64,000 bases of DNA from an uncultured Gammaproteobacteria bacterium (GCA_964196195.1 CAXMSE010000039.1:134761-198760), one strand, 5' to 3'; shown: positions 37,885 through 47,939, numbered from the stretch's first letter. Notes: generated from the sequence alone by a model not told the origin. Numbers and translations: made by a program.

Positions 37885-39057
37885 GTGATTGTCGCCGTGG
37901 TGCTCCTTGCCCTGCTGGCACTGCTGACGACCTGGATCGTCCGCAGCGCCGGCTGGCGCTTCGCGGTGAAGCGTCTGGGGGGCGCGGCGCTGATCGTCGT
38001 GATCGTTACTTTCGGCACCACCGCCCTTCTTCGTCAGGTGCCGGGCAACCCTTGCATCGCCGCGCTGGGCATCGCGGCCAACGAGGAGGCATTGGACGAA
38101 TGCCGCACTGATCGCAAGCTCGACGAGAGCGTGGTGCGCCAATACCAATCGTGGGCCGGCGACGTCTTGTCCGGTGATCTGGGCTACGCCCAGTACCGAA
38201 CCCAGATTCCTCTCACCCGCGTGATCAAGGATCGAGCCCCACGAAGCGGCTGGCTGTTCCTGTACAGCCAGCTCATCGCGCTTGCAGTGGCAGTGCCTCT
38301 CGGGGTCTGGTCGGCCTATCAGGCCGGTCGGGAGCCCCGCCGGATTCCGGCCTGGGGCATCTTTCCCCTGCTGGCAATCCTGCTGGCATTGTCCTTCGCC
38401 GGAGGCTGGACATTGTCGGCAACGATTCTTCTGGCTGTTCTCGTGCCGATCTACATATACAACGGGATCCGGGGTGGACCGGGCGCGGACAGTGTGGTCA
38501 ACACCAGTGCCTTCGTGTTCTTGTCGATTCCCGTCTTCGTCCTCGCAGAGACGCTCCGATTCGTGTTCGCGATCGAGCGCGACTGGTACGACCTGGTCGG
38601 TTACAGCCCGTGGTCCGACGGCATCGGTGCTCACCTCTCGTCGGTGTGGCTACCAGCAGTGGTGCTTGGGCTCGCGGTGTCGCCGGTCTATCTGCGCCTG
38701 CTGCGGGCCGACATGATCCAGAATCTTCAGCAGGATTTCGTGGCGGTGGCCAAGGCCAAGGGAATGTCGGACCCCCACATCCTTTTTCGTCATGTGCTTC
38801 GACCCTCGACAGTCACCCTTCTCACCGTCGTGGGTCTCAACATCGCCCAACTCGTGAACGGAGCGATCGTGGTCGAGTTCATCTACGACTTCGACGGCAT
38901 GGGCAGCTATCTGATCGAAGCGGTCGCCGCCCGCGAGTTCTTCCCCGTGCAGACCCTGGTGGCGATCGTGTCGGTGATCTTCGTCATCACCAACACCGTG
39001 GTGGATGTCGTCTACACCGCGGTCGATCCCCGAGTGCGAGCGGAGGATGAGAAATGA
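37885..39057 (+). CDS. ABC transporter permease (DppB-like)
   Basis: ABC permease signature region AKAKGMSDPHILFRHVLRPS. The true start may be GTG 37966. Confidence 0.8.
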   Translation: MIVAVVLLALLALLTTWIVRSAGWRFAVKRLGGAALIVVIVTFGTTALLRQVPGNPCIAALGIAANEEALDECRTDRKLDESVVRQYQSWAGDVLSGDLGYAQYRTQIPLTRVIKDRAPRSGWLFLYSQLIALAVAVPLGVWSAYQAGREPRRIPAWGIFPLLAILLALSFAGGWTLSATILLAVLVPIYIYNGIRGGPGADSVVNTSAFVFLSIPVFVLAETLRFVFAIERDWYDLVGYSPWSDGIGAHLSSVWLPAVVLGLAVSPVYLRLLRADMIQNLQQDFVAVAKAKGMSDPHILFRHVLRPSTVTLLTVVGLNIAQLVNGAIVVEFIYDFDGMGSYLIEAVAAREFFPVQTLVAIVSVIFVITNTVVDVVYTAVDPRVRAEDEK

Positions 39058-39950
39058 GCGACGCAGGGGGCGTGCTGGGCCCGATCGGACGGATGGAGGC
39101 CTCGGTCGCCACCGGAAACCAGCAGCCCCGGCGGGACCGGCCGAACTTCATTTTCGTCTTCGCCGTCACCTGGCTGGCCATCGTGGTGGTGGTCACCGTC
39201 CTCAACACCTGGCTGCCCTTCGTCGATGACCCCAACGAAAGGAGTGTCGACCTGATCAAGGCGGGACCATCTTGGAGTCACTGGTTCGGTAACGCCACGT
39301 TCGGTCAGGATGTCTTCTCCCGGGTTGTGGCGGGCAGCCGGATCTCACTCTTCGTCGCCGGCGTGGTCACCGCGGTCGGCATCTTCATCGGCGGCGGCCT
39401 CGGGCTCGTCGCCGGCTACCTACGGGGCTGGGTCGACTCCGCCGTTCGCGTGCTCATCAACGTCACCTTGTCGGTGCCTGCACTCCTGCTGGTGATATTC
39501 ATCGTGGCCGTCCGTGGCCAGTCGCTCTTCAATGTGATCCTCGCAGTTTCTTTGCTTGCCATTCCCGCCCTGGCCCGGATAGTGAGGGCCAGCACCCTGC
39601 AGGTCGCCGATCGTGAGTACGTGAAGGCGGCCGAAGTCATCGGGGCCCCGAAGATGTCGATTCTCATTCGTGAGGTGCTTCCCAACGTGATGCCCACCCT
39701 CGTCTCGTTCGCCTTTCTCACCACCGGGATCGTTCTTGTCGCGGAGAGCTCTCTTTCGTTTCTCGGACTCAGCGTGGAGTCACCGACAATCACGTGGGGA
39801 TCCATCATCGCCGAAGGGCGAATCTCATTTCGTGAGACCCCTCACATGGTGTTTCTTCCCGCCCTGGTTCTCTTCCTCACCGTGTTGAGTCTCAATTTCG
39901 TCGGAGATCACCTGCTGAAGCGCTTCGATATCAGAGAATCGGCGCTGTGA
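39054..39950 (+). CDS. ABC transporter permease (DppC-like)
   Basis: Permease with the EAA-loop region AAEVIGAPKMSILIREVLPN. 4-nt overlap with the upstream gene. Confidence 0.85.
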   Translation: MSDAGGVLGPIGRMEASVATGNQQPRRDRPNFIFVFAVTWLAIVVVVTVLNTWLPFVDDPNERSVDLIKAGPSWSHWFGNATFGQDVFSRVVAGSRISLFVAGVVTAVGIFIGGGLGLVAGYLRGWVDSAVRVLINVTLSVPALLLVIFIVAVRGQSLFNVILAVSLLAIPALARIVRASTLQVADREYVKAAEVIGAPKMSILIREVLPNVMPTLVSFAFLTTGIVLVAESSLSFLGLSVESPTITWGSIIAEGRISFRETPHMVFLPALVLFLTVLSLNFVGDHLLKRFDIRESAL

Positions 39951-41017
39951 CCGATCTCCAGGCCCCGATGCTGGAAGTCGCAGACCTCGTGGTCGACTTC
40001 GCCACCCCCAACGGCACCCTACGCGCTGTTGATTGTGTAGATCTCTCTCTGGCCAAGCAGGAGGCCATCGGAATCGTCGGCGAGTCCGGCTCGGGAAAGT
40101 CGGTATTGGCGCGAGCCCTCATCAACATCCTGGCCGGCAACGGCACCCGCACCGGCACGATTCGAATCGGGGGTCGCGACATCGATGAGCTGAGCAGCGC
40201 CGACCGCAAACACTTTTTCGGTGTCGAGGTGGCCATGGTTTTCCAGGACCCGATGACCTCGCTCAACCCGGTCAAGCGCATCGGGGCCCAGCTCACCGAA
40301 GGCATCCGCTATCACCTCGGTTTCTCGAAAAAACAGGCCGATGAGAGGGCCATCGAACTTCTGGACCAGGTCCACATACCTTCGGCCCGGGCGCGACTCC
40401 GCCAGTACCCCCACGAACTGTCGGGAGGGATGCGCCAAAGGGTTGTCATCGCAATGGCCCTGGCCTGTGAACCCAATCTGCTCATCGCAGATGAGCCAAC
40501 CACCGCACTCGACGTCACCGTGCAGAAGACGATCCTCGATCTGATCGATGAACTGCGCGAGGAGCGGCACATGTCGCTGATCCTGATCACCCACGATCTC
40601 GGGGTGGCTCGGGGGCGAACCGATCGCATCGCGGTGATGTACGGCGGGCGGCTGGTCGAGGTGGCCCGCGCCGACGAGCTGTTCGAGAGTATGCGCCATC
40701 CCTACTCCGAAGCCCTGTTTCGGTCGATTCCGAAGGTTGACCTGCCGAGCCACACCCGGCTCGAACCGATTCCCGGTAGGCCGCCCGATCTCCTCAGTCC
40801 CCCGGCCGGCTGCGCCTTTGCCGCTCGTTGTCACTATGCACAGGCCGACTGTGTTTCGGAGAAGCCTCCCTTGATTGAATGGACTGGCGGCCATCTCTCG
40901 GCCTGCTACCACGCGGTGGGCACCCCTGGCGGGGAGAAGGCGCTAGCAAGCAATCTCTCGGCCGGTGTCACCCCGGCTGGGCTCGACATGACCGCTTCGG
41001 GAGAGGAGGTCGCCTGA
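39947..41017 (+). CDS. ABC transporter ATP-binding protein (DppD-like)
   Basis: Walker A GESGSGKS, signature LSGGMRQR, Walker B LLIADEPTTALD, and a C-terminal oligopeptide-type extension. Confidence 0.9.
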   Translation: MTDLQAPMLEVADLVVDFATPNGTLRAVDCVDLSLAKQEAIGIVGESGSGKSVLARALINILAGNGTRTGTIRIGGRDIDELSSADRKHFFGVEVAMVFQDPMTSLNPVKRIGAQLTEGIRYHLGFSKKQADERAIELLDQVHIPSARARLRQYPHELSGGMRQRVVIAMALACEPNLLIADEPTTALDVTVQKTILDLIDELREERHMSLILITHDLGVARGRTDRIAVMYGGRLVEVARADELFESMRHPYSEALFRSIPKVDLPSHTRLEPIPGRPPDLLSPPAGCAFAARCHYAQADCVSEKPPLIEWTGGHLSACYHAVGTPGGEKALASNLSAGVTPAGLDMTASGEEVA

Positions 41018-42003
41018 TGGCCGGTTCTGGTTCTGCCCATCTTCGCGATCGGCCCGACATTCTCCTTCGCGTCGAGAACCTCGTCGTCGAGTTCCCGATC
41101 GCCGGCGGTGTGGTACACGCCGTGTCCGACGTGAGCTTCGATCTGGCCGAAGGCGAGACACTCGGCATTGTGGGTGAGTCCGGCTGTGGCAAGTCAACCA
41201 CCGCTCGAGCGGTCATCCAGCTACCGAAACCCACCGGCGGCTCGGTCTACTACCAGGGCGAGGAGATCTCGTCGCTCAGTGCGGCGGACATGCGCAGGGT
41301 CAGGCCCGATCTCCAGATGATCTTCCAGGACCCGATTTCGTCACTCAACCCCCGTCGCACGGCGCGCGAGATTATTGCCGAGGGCCTGCGCTACTGGGGA
41401 GCGCGGGGCGCCTGGTCTGAGACACGCATCGATGAGCTGACCGAGGCAGTGGGTATCGACTCCCGTTACGGAGAGCGCAAGCCCCATCAGTTATCGGGAG
41501 GTCAGTGCCAGCGAATCAGCATCGCGAGAGCTCTCGTGCTCGACCCGAGGGTGATCATCTGCGACGAGCCGGTATCGGCGCTGGACGTATCGGTGCAGGC
41601 CCAGATCCTGAACCTGCTTGAGGACATGAAGGAGCGATACGGCGTCAGCCTGGTGTTCATCAGTCACGACCTGGCCGTTGTGAAGAACATCAGCGACCGG
41701 GTGATGGTGATGTATCTGGGAAAGACGTGCGAGGTCGCCCCGTCAGACACCCTCTATGCAGAGCCCGCCCACCCATACACGCAAGCTCTCATGGCCGCGA
41801 TTCCGGGAGCAGCCGGCGAAGCTGGGGGGGATCTGGCCGGCGAGCTGCCGTCACCGATCGATCCACCGGCCGGGTGTCGTTTCCACACCCGCTGCCCTCG
41901 GGTGACCGATCTGTGTCGCACGGTCGAACCCGAGATGGCGCCGATCGGCGGCGATCACTTCGTGGCCTGCCACCATCCCGTGGAGGTGGCCGTAGCTCTC
42001 TGA
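41017..42003 (+). CDS. ABC transporter ATP-binding protein (DppF-like)
   Basis: Walker A GESGCGKST, signature LSGGQCQR, Walker B ICDEPVSALD. The start ATG overlaps the upstream stop (TGATG). Confidence 0.85.
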   Translation: MAGSGSAHLRDRPDILLRVENLVVEFPIAGGVVHAVSDVSFDLAEGETLGIVGESGCGKSTTARAVIQLPKPTGGSVYYQGEEISSLSAADMRRVRPDLQMIFQDPISSLNPRRTAREIIAEGLRYWGARGAWSETRIDELTEAVGIDSRYGERKPHQLSGGQCQRISIARALVLDPRVIICDEPVSALDVSVQAQILNLLEDMKERYGVSLVFISHDLAVVKNISDRVMVMYLGKTCEVAPSDTLYAEPAHPYTQALMAAIPGAAGEAGGDLAGELPSPIDPPAGCRFHTRCPRVTDLCRTVEPEMAPIGGDHFVACHHPVEVAVAL

Positions 42004-42014
42004 GCCGATGCCCT

Positions 42015-42992
42015 TCAGCTTCGAGCCCACATGGTCTTCGACTTGAGCGTCGACGCGCCCTCGGTCGCCGGCGCAATCATGTGGTCGTCGTGGAGCTTGC
42101 GCAGGTGGGCCACCACTGAGCGGGCCGCAGGCTTGTGGAGGATCTTGGGAACGTCGGCGTAGAGCACGGCGACTATCTCGGTGGCCGACTTCGGACCCTC
42201 CGACAGCTGGCCGAGGATCGCCGCCTCGCGAGCAAGCCGATGAGCGAGCAGGGCCTCCACGTAGGGCCGGGGATCATCGATCGGTGCGCCGTGGGTGGGG
42301 TACAAGCGCCGGTCGTTGCGGCCGAGGAGCAACTCCAGTGACCCCAGATAGGCGGCGATATCGCCATCAGGCGGTGGGATGATCGTGGTGGACCAGCCCA
42401 TCACGTGGTCGCCGGAGAGAAGTATCTTCTCCTCTCGGACCGCGAAGCAGAGGTGGTTGGAGATGTGGCCCGGCGTGTGAAGCGCCTCCACGGTGTAGCC
42501 CGGACCCTCCACCACATCACCGTGGCTCAGCGCCGTGTCGGGCTGGAAGTCGATGTCGGGACGATGTTTCTCGGCGAAATCGGGGTCGTCGCTGATCGCC
42601 CCGTCGTCCTCATCATCATCATCATCATCATCATCGTCGAGGTCTCCCTCATCTGCAGCCTGGGCGGGATGAGGCCCGAAACCGAGAACCGGGGCGCCGG
42701 TTGCGTCGGCCAGTGCGGCCGCGGCGGGTGAATGATCACCGTGGGTATGGGTGATCAGGATGTGACGAACGGTCTCGCCGTCGAGGGCCTTCAAGAGAGC
42801 CTCGACGTGGGTGGGCTCGCGCGGCCCGGGGTCGACCACGGCCACATCACCATGACCAATCAGGTAGGTGCCTGTGCCGTGAAAGGTGAACTTCGAGGGA
42901 TTGTTGCACACCACCCGGCGAAGGAGGGAGGAGACCTCCACCGGCTCACCGTAGTGGGGGTCGAACTCGGTGTTGAAGGCGGGCGCGGCCAT
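42015..42992 (-). CDS. MBL-fold metallo-hydrolase with poly-Asp insertion
   Basis: ITHTHGDH metal-binding motif and the later HTPGH motif, with a DDDDDDDDDEDD insert. Confidence 0.8.
   Translation of the reverse strand: MAAPAFNTEFDPHYGEPVEVSSLLRRVVCNNPSKFTFHGTGTYLIGHGDVAVVDPGPREPTHVEALLKALDGETVRHILITHTHGDHSPAAAALADATGAPVLGFGPHPAQAADEGDLDDDDDDDDDEDDGAISDDPDFAEKHRPDIDFQPDTALSHGDVVEGPGYTVEALHTPGHISNHLCFAVREEKILLSGDHVMGWSTTIIPPPDGDIAAYLGSLELLLGRNDRRLYPTHGAPIDDPRPYVEALLAHRLAREAAILGQLSEGPKSATEIVAVLYADVPKILHKPAARSVVAHLRKLHDDHMIAPATEGASTLKSKTMWARS
42603..42640. repeat. (ATC)n/(GAT)n trinucleotide microsatellite inside the MBL hydrolase gene
   Basis: About 8 perfect ATC units on the + strand; on the coding strand they encode the poly-Asp run. 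Confidence 0.85.
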
Positions 42993-42993
42993 C

Positions 42994-43299
42994 TCAGTTC
43001 CTCAAATGGCGGGTGACTCGCCAGCCGATGAAACCGACGCCACCCACCATCACGGCCAGGGTGAGGAGTTGGGCGTAGCCCCCGCGGTCGCCAGGGTTCT
43101 CCGGCTTGGGGCCCGCACCCGGGGACCCGATGATGCGGCCGGCATCGTCGAGATAATCGGGGTCGGTCACCTGGGCTCCCAGGGCGCTGACCGGTTCGAT
43201 CAGGATGATCGCCATGGCACCGAGAACGGCAAGGGTCAGTAGCCAGCGCCATCCGCCTGCCAGCGAGCCCGGCCCATCGAGAGGGGAGTCAGACGCCAC
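42994..43299 (-). CDS. small membrane protein (2 TM), unknown function
   Basis: WRWLLTLAVLGAMAIILI and LLTLAVMVGGVGFIGW helices. It ends 1 nt upstream of the MBL hydrolase gene. Confidence 0.45.
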   Translation of the reverse strand: MASDSPLDGPGSLAGGWRWLLTLAVLGAMAIILIEPVSALGAQVTDPDYLDDAGRIIGSPGAGPKPENPGDRGGYAQLLTLAVMVGGVGFIGWRVTRHLRN

Positions 43300-43308
43300 A
43301 GTGCAGCG

Positions 43309-44052
43309 TTATCCAAGGCCGAGCACAGCACCCCAGGTGGTGCCGCAGATGGGCGCACTCAGATTCTCGAAGGCGCTGGCATCGATGGCGCTGGGAGAGC
43401 TGAGGCCCGCCTCTTCCACGATGCAACGGGCGAGGTCGAGCTCGATTCCGAAGCTGTCGGCCAGGGCCTGGGCGACGATGTCGGTGAGCTCATCGTCGCT
43501 AACTCCGGTGTCGTCGTCGGTGAGCCCCGAGTCGTCGTCGGTGACGCCGGCGGGGACCGGATCGGGCGTCTCGCCGAGATCGGCATCAGGGTTGGAATCG
43601 GTGCTCGAGTCTGAGTCGGAGTCGATGCCGCAATAGGCATCAAGCCGATCTGAGGCTGCATCGAACTCGGGACCTTCGAGCACCGCCAGGCGTGGATCGT
43701 CTTCGGGGATCTCGAAGAAGTTGTAGTCGTAGTCGCTGAGCAGATCAACGAAGGTCTCGAATCCGTCCACCACGGTGTCGAGGTCGCCCCTGATTTCCGA
43801 CGGGGCACCGTTGGCGGCGCCCTGCATCAACTCGAGCGCCTGTTCGAAGTAGGTGCCGAGGCCGCTGAAGTCGCCGCTCGAGAACGCCTCCTCGAACTGG
43901 ACGTCGATGCCATCGAGCCGGGCTTCGATCTCCGCGTTGGAATCGCAGAAGTCGTCGCTGCTGCCGAACCCACTCGAGCTCGCGCTGCCGTCGCCTCCAC
44001 AAGCGCTTGCCAACAGGCCGAGGGCAGTGATCAGGATCATGAATTGGCGCAT
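43309..44052 (-). CDS. acidic secreted lipoprotein, unknown function
   Basis: Lipobox LLASACGG, a highly acidic mature part, and cysteines near both ends. Confidence 0.6.
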   Translation of the reverse strand: MRQFMILITALGLLASACGGDGSASSSGFGSSDDFCDSNAEIEARLDGIDVQFEEAFSSGDFSGLGTYFEQALELMQGAANGAPSEIRGDLDTVVDGFETFVDLLSDYDYNFFEIPEDDPRLAVLEGPEFDAASDRLDAYCGIDSDSDSSTDSNPDADLGETPDPVPAGVTDDDSGLTDDDTGVSDDELTDIVAQALADSFGIELDLARCIVEEAGLSSPSAIDASAFENLSAPICGTTWGAVLGLG

Positions 44053-44162
44053 GACGAAAACCCTACTCATGCAGGCGTTGTCGATGGTCGCATGGGGGCA
44101 CATGTCACACTACGGTCGACGAGGTGCGGGCGGCTCGGCAGGTCTGCTGAAGGGAGCGCGAG

Positions 44163-45521
44163 GTGAGGGTGATCCTTCGCAACGATCTGATCGATCTGAA
44201 GCTCGTGCTGGTTGGGATCGCGTTCGTCCTGCTCGCCGGCGCCTGTAGTGACGATGCCGAGACGCGTCTCCCGGTTTTCTCCGACGCGGACGAGTCAGAC
44301 GACACCGCCACCACCCTGGTGCCTCCCACGCCCACCGATCCGCCCGAGGCCCTCAGGCCGACACTCGGTGAAATGGAGGTTCCCTGCGGCTTGGCGGATC
44401 GCCGCGCCCCTTCGGTCGCAGGCGAGGCGGGGATCGACGATATGTCGATCATCATCGGCACCGGCAACGATCGGGGCGGCCTGTACACCGGCGGATCAGG
44501 GCGAGGTATCCCCGATGCGGTGGAGGTCATGGCCGGTTATTGCAACAGTCTCGGAGGGCTGGCCGGTCGCGACGTCCTCGTCGTCGAGTACGACGCGGCG
44601 GCTGTCGAGGCGGCCGATAGGGCCACAGAGCAGTGCGACGAGGTGTTCGCGGTGGTCGGTCAGGGCTACCTCGACGCAACTGCGGCCACCGATGTGCGCG
44701 CCCTCTGTGCGCTCCCTTCCTATCCCGCGTGGCCCCAAGGATTGGTGGCAGGTGAACCGTTTCCGATCCATGGCCACCTCCTGGCATTCTTCCTCGAACC
44801 GGCGGCCGGCCAGGTCGCCCTGGTCGGGCCGCGAACCCCCGGCGGCGAGAGTCGGCGGGCCCTTCGGAGGTCTGCGCTCGAAACATCCGGTGTCGAGTTC
44901 GTCGTGGTGGCCGAGATCTCCTACCCGATCGATGACGACCCGGGGTGGGACTCCGTGGCCCTCGAGGCCTTCGAGGCCGGAGCCGGCCTCGTCCATGTCG
45001 ACGGATCGTGTGAGGCGGTGGTGGTGCCGTTTCTTCGATCAGCGGAACAGTTGGGCTGGTCGCCGGTTGTGCTGGCCGGACCATCGGCCTACGACACGGA
45101 GTGTGTTGTCGGCTCCGCGACCGAGGGGCGCGGCATCGAGCGTTTGATGATCGAGTTGCCGTTCCTGCCCCTCGAGGACGGGCCCGTCGATGCGCCGGTC
45201 GTTACGGCCTATGCCCGGATGCTCTCGGAGTTGTCTGCTCCTGTCACCGGTGACGCCCTGCTCGCCTCCTCGGCATTCTGGCGTTGGGCATCGGCTGTCG
45301 ACCACTGTGGCTCCGACCTCTCGCGCTCATGTCTCGAGGATGCGGCCGCACTCACCGAGGCCTGGACCGCAGGCGGTCTGCATCGCCCCTACGACTTCGA
45401 TGGCTCCATCGACCCTTGTGTGGTGGTGATGGGGGTCGTCGACGGGGGATTCATTCGCCAACTTCCGGAAACACCAGGTCTCTACGACTGCTCACCCGAG
45501 CGGTCGGTGGTGCTCAGATAA
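44163..45521 (+). CDS. lipoprotein with periplasmic-binding-protein type I (LivJ-like) fold
   Basis: Lipobox LLAGACS and a pattern resembling the Leu/Ile/Val-binding family (IIIGTGNDRGG..., AVVGQGYLDATAA). Confidence 0.6.
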   Translation: MRVILRNDLIDLKLVLVGIAFVLLAGACSDDAETRLPVFSDADESDDTATTLVPPTPTDPPEALRPTLGEMEVPCGLADRRAPSVAGEAGIDDMSIIIGTGNDRGGLYTGGSGRGIPDAVEVMAGYCNSLGGLAGRDVLVVEYDAAAVEAADRATEQCDEVFAVVGQGYLDATAATDVRALCALPSYPAWPQGLVAGEPFPIHGHLLAFFLEPAAGQVALVGPRTPGGESRRALRRSALETSGVEFVVVAEISYPIDDDPGWDSVALEAFEAGAGLVHVDGSCEAVVVPFLRSAEQLGWSPVVLAGPSAYDTECVVGSATEGRGIERLMIELPFLPLEDGPVDAPVVTAYARMLSELSAPVTGDALLASSAFWRWASAVDHCGSDLSRSCLEDAAALTEAWTAGGLHRPYDFDGSIDPCVVVMGVVDGGFIRQLPETPGLYDCSPERSVVLR

Positions 45522-46392
45522 GCAGCTTCACGAGGACAGGCAGTCGAGCAGGGCTGATGCAGCCTGCGTTCACGACCTCCACCACAGCCACGAGCAGGGA
45601 TAGATCGGCGGGAACCTCGCCGCTCACCACCGACTCCAGATAGTGGGTCTCGAAATCTCCGAGGAATGGTGCCGCGCAGGCTGCTTCGGCTGAGGTAAGA
45701 CCACCCGCCACGAGGGTGGAGCGCAGAACACGAAGGCAGTTGGTCTCCTCGGGCGCCTCGACAGCCCCGTCCGGTGCCGCGAAGCGCCATATGAAGGCGG
45801 CTGCCTCGGCGCGGGTCACGGTGCGGGTGGGGGAGAACGTGGAGGGAGTCGTGCCGGTACTGATCTCCTCTGCCGCCAGCCAGGAGATCGCAGCCTGCTG
45901 GTAGCTACGGGTGACGTCGGTGAACGGATGTCGGCGCGAGCCGGTGGGTTCGCCCGCGTAGCGCCACAGCATGGTGGCGAAGTCGCCTCGGCTGATTGCG
46001 AGATCGGGGCTGAACGTCGTGGCCGAGGTGCCTGTGGTGACTCCTGCGTCGTAGAGCCAGCCGACCGGTTCTTGCTGATAGCTCTGGACCAGGTCGCCGA
46101 ACGGGTGTGGTGCGGCTTGGGGCTCGTGTCCGAGAGCCCTGTCGAGCCTGAATAAGAAGGTGGCGATCTGGCCCCGGCTGACGGCCTCGTTCGGGCCGAA
46201 ACATCCGGGTTCGACACCGACGGTGATGTCCTCGGTCACCAACCATGCCACCGCTTCGGTGAAGAAGGTGTCGTCGTCGACATCACCGAAACCGCTGGCT
46301 GCCCCAGCCGGAGGTGCGGCAACGGTGAAGAGGATGGTCAGAGCAGCGATGGTCACGGCCACTCGTGCTGGGAAATGCAGGATGTTCTGCAT
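45514..46392 (-). CDS. secreted protein with three SLH domains and a C-terminal domain of unknown function
   Basis: Signal peptide, then three repeats (FGDVDDDTFFTEAVAWL...ISRGQIATFLFR; FGDLVQSYQQEPVGWL...ISRGDFATMLWR; FTDVTRSYQQAAISWL...VTRAEAAAFIWR). Confidence 0.75.
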   Translation of the reverse strand: MQNILHFPARVAVTIAALTILFTVAAPPAGAASGFGDVDDDTFFTEAVAWLVTEDITVGVEPGCFGPNEAVSRGQIATFLFRLDRALGHEPQAAPHPFGDLVQSYQQEPVGWLYDAGVTTGTSATTFSPDLAISRGDFATMLWRYAGEPTGSRRHPFTDVTRSYQQAAISWLAAEEISTGTTPSTFSPTRTVTRAEAAAFIWRFAAPDGAVEAPEETNCLRVLRSTLVAGGLTSAEAACAAPFLGDFETHYLESVVSGEVPADLSLLVAVVEVVNAGCISPARLPVLVKLLI

Positions 46393-46596
46393 GATGAGAG
46401 ATTCGTCCTTGGTCGAGGGACTCGGTGAGGGGCTGAAGCCACATGTCCGCGTAATAGGCGGGAGTCGATGGGCAGCCCTGCTCTGAGTGCCGTTCAGATC
46501 GAAATACAGGCTATCGCCTGGCGACGCTTGTACCGGTCGCGGGTGATCGACGTCACCTGACGTGACCTCGGTCACCGAGCGGCGTACGCTCCCGCC

Positions 46597-47331
46597 GTGC
46601 GACGGGTAGCGGTGATCATGGCAATGGAAGCAGAGGCGGCACCGCTGCGTGAGGCCATAGATGCCGACCCGACAGAGTTGCCGTCATGGGCTCGCTCGCT
46701 CCCGTGCCGCCTCGATACTGCCCCGGCCACGGCGTCGCGCCCTGAGATCGTGCTCGCCGTGAACGGCGTCGATCCTCGCACGGGCGTCGATTGCATCGGT
46801 TCCACTGCCGCCGCTCTCACCACCCAAACCGTGCTGGCGGCCTACCCCGACAACGAGATCGACCTAGTGCTATCCGTCGGAACCGCGGGCGGCTGGGTGC
46901 GCTCAGGAGCCCACATCGGCGACGTCTACATGGCATGGGATCGATTCGTGTGCCACGACAGACGGATCGATATACCCGGGTTCGACGCTTTCGCCCGCGG
47001 TGATCTCGCCGCCGCTGATCTCAGACACCACGCGGCTGCCCTCGGCTGTCGCACCGGGATCGTCACCACCGGCGACAGCCTCGACGAATCGAGCGTCGAC
47101 CGGGAGCGGATTCGGGCGAGCGGAGCCGAGGTCAAGGAGATGGAGGCGGCGGCGGTTGCGTGGGTGGCCCATCTGCACAGAATCCCGGTGGGAGCCGTCA
47201 AGGCCATCACCGATCTCGTTGATTCGCCGGTTTCCACCTCCGAGCAGTTCACTGCCAATCTGGCCGCCGCCGCCAAGTCGCTACGCGAAACCACCCTGGC
47301 CCTCCTCGACCGGCTCGGAGCTGAATCTTGA
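46597..47331 (+). CDS. MTA/SAH nucleosidase family protein (Pfs/MqnB-like, PNP_UDP_1)
   Basis: MRRVAVIMAMEAEAAPL at the N-terminus, SVGTAGG, and C-terminal EMEAAAVA. Confidence 0.75.
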   Translation: MRRVAVIMAMEAEAAPLREAIDADPTELPSWARSLPCRLDTAPATASRPEIVLAVNGVDPRTGVDCIGSTAAALTTQTVLAAYPDNEIDLVLSVGTAGGWVRSGAHIGDVYMAWDRFVCHDRRIDIPGFDAFARGDLAAADLRHHAAALGCRTGIVTTGDSLDESSVDRERIRASGAEVKEMEAAAVAWVAHLHRIPVGAVKAITDLVDSPVSTSEQFTANLAAAAKSLRETTLALLDRLGAES

Positions 47332-47939
47332 TCGACCCCCAAGAAGCGGCAGTGGCCGCCAAGCTCCGACTGATCGCCGGCCAACTCCATGCCGGCACCT
47401 TCGACGGCGACGCGATGCGAGCCGCTCTGAAACACCTGGAACTTGCGGCCGAGCTCCTCACCGGCGGAGAGCGACGCCTCCGGTGGTACGAAGAGGACGA
47501 AGGCGGCGGCCCGCGGGCCCGCAACCGCGACCTCTCGCCCTGGTCGGGTGCCCTCAACGTGGCCTCACCCCCGATGACTCTGGAGGTGGGTGAGCTCCTC
47601 GACGGCCGCCCTGCGATGTTGGGCCGCGTTCGCCTCGACCGGCTCCGTGAGGGTCCCCCCGGCAGCGCTCACGGTGGGGTGGTGGCGGGCCTCTTCGACG
47701 AGGTGATGGGTGCGGCCCAACGCCTCACTGGGCGTGAGGGCGGAGTCACCGGTCGGCTCAGGATTCGTTACCGGAAGCTCACGCCTCTAGGCACCGATCT
47801 TGTTTTCCGCGCCTGGATAGATGACGACCGTTCGCGGCGGGTGGGAGTGAAAGCCGACTGCGTGATCGCCGACATGGAATCGGATCGGTCGGGGATTACC
47901 GCCCAGGCGGAAGCGATCTTTCTGAGGGCCAAGCGGTGA
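47328..47939 (+). CDS. PaaI-family hotdog-fold thioesterase
   Basis: The SAHGGVVAGLFDEVMG motif. Confidence 0.7.
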   Translation: MIDPQEAAVAAKLRLIAGQLHAGTFDGDAMRAALKHLELAAELLTGGERRLRWYEEDEGGGPRARNRDLSPWSGALNVASPPMTLEVGELLDGRPAMLGRVRLDRLREGPPGSAHGGVVAGLFDEVMGAAQRLTGREGGVTGRLRIRYRKLTPLGTDLVFRAWIDDDRSRRVGVKADCVIADMESDRSGITAQAEAIFLRAKR

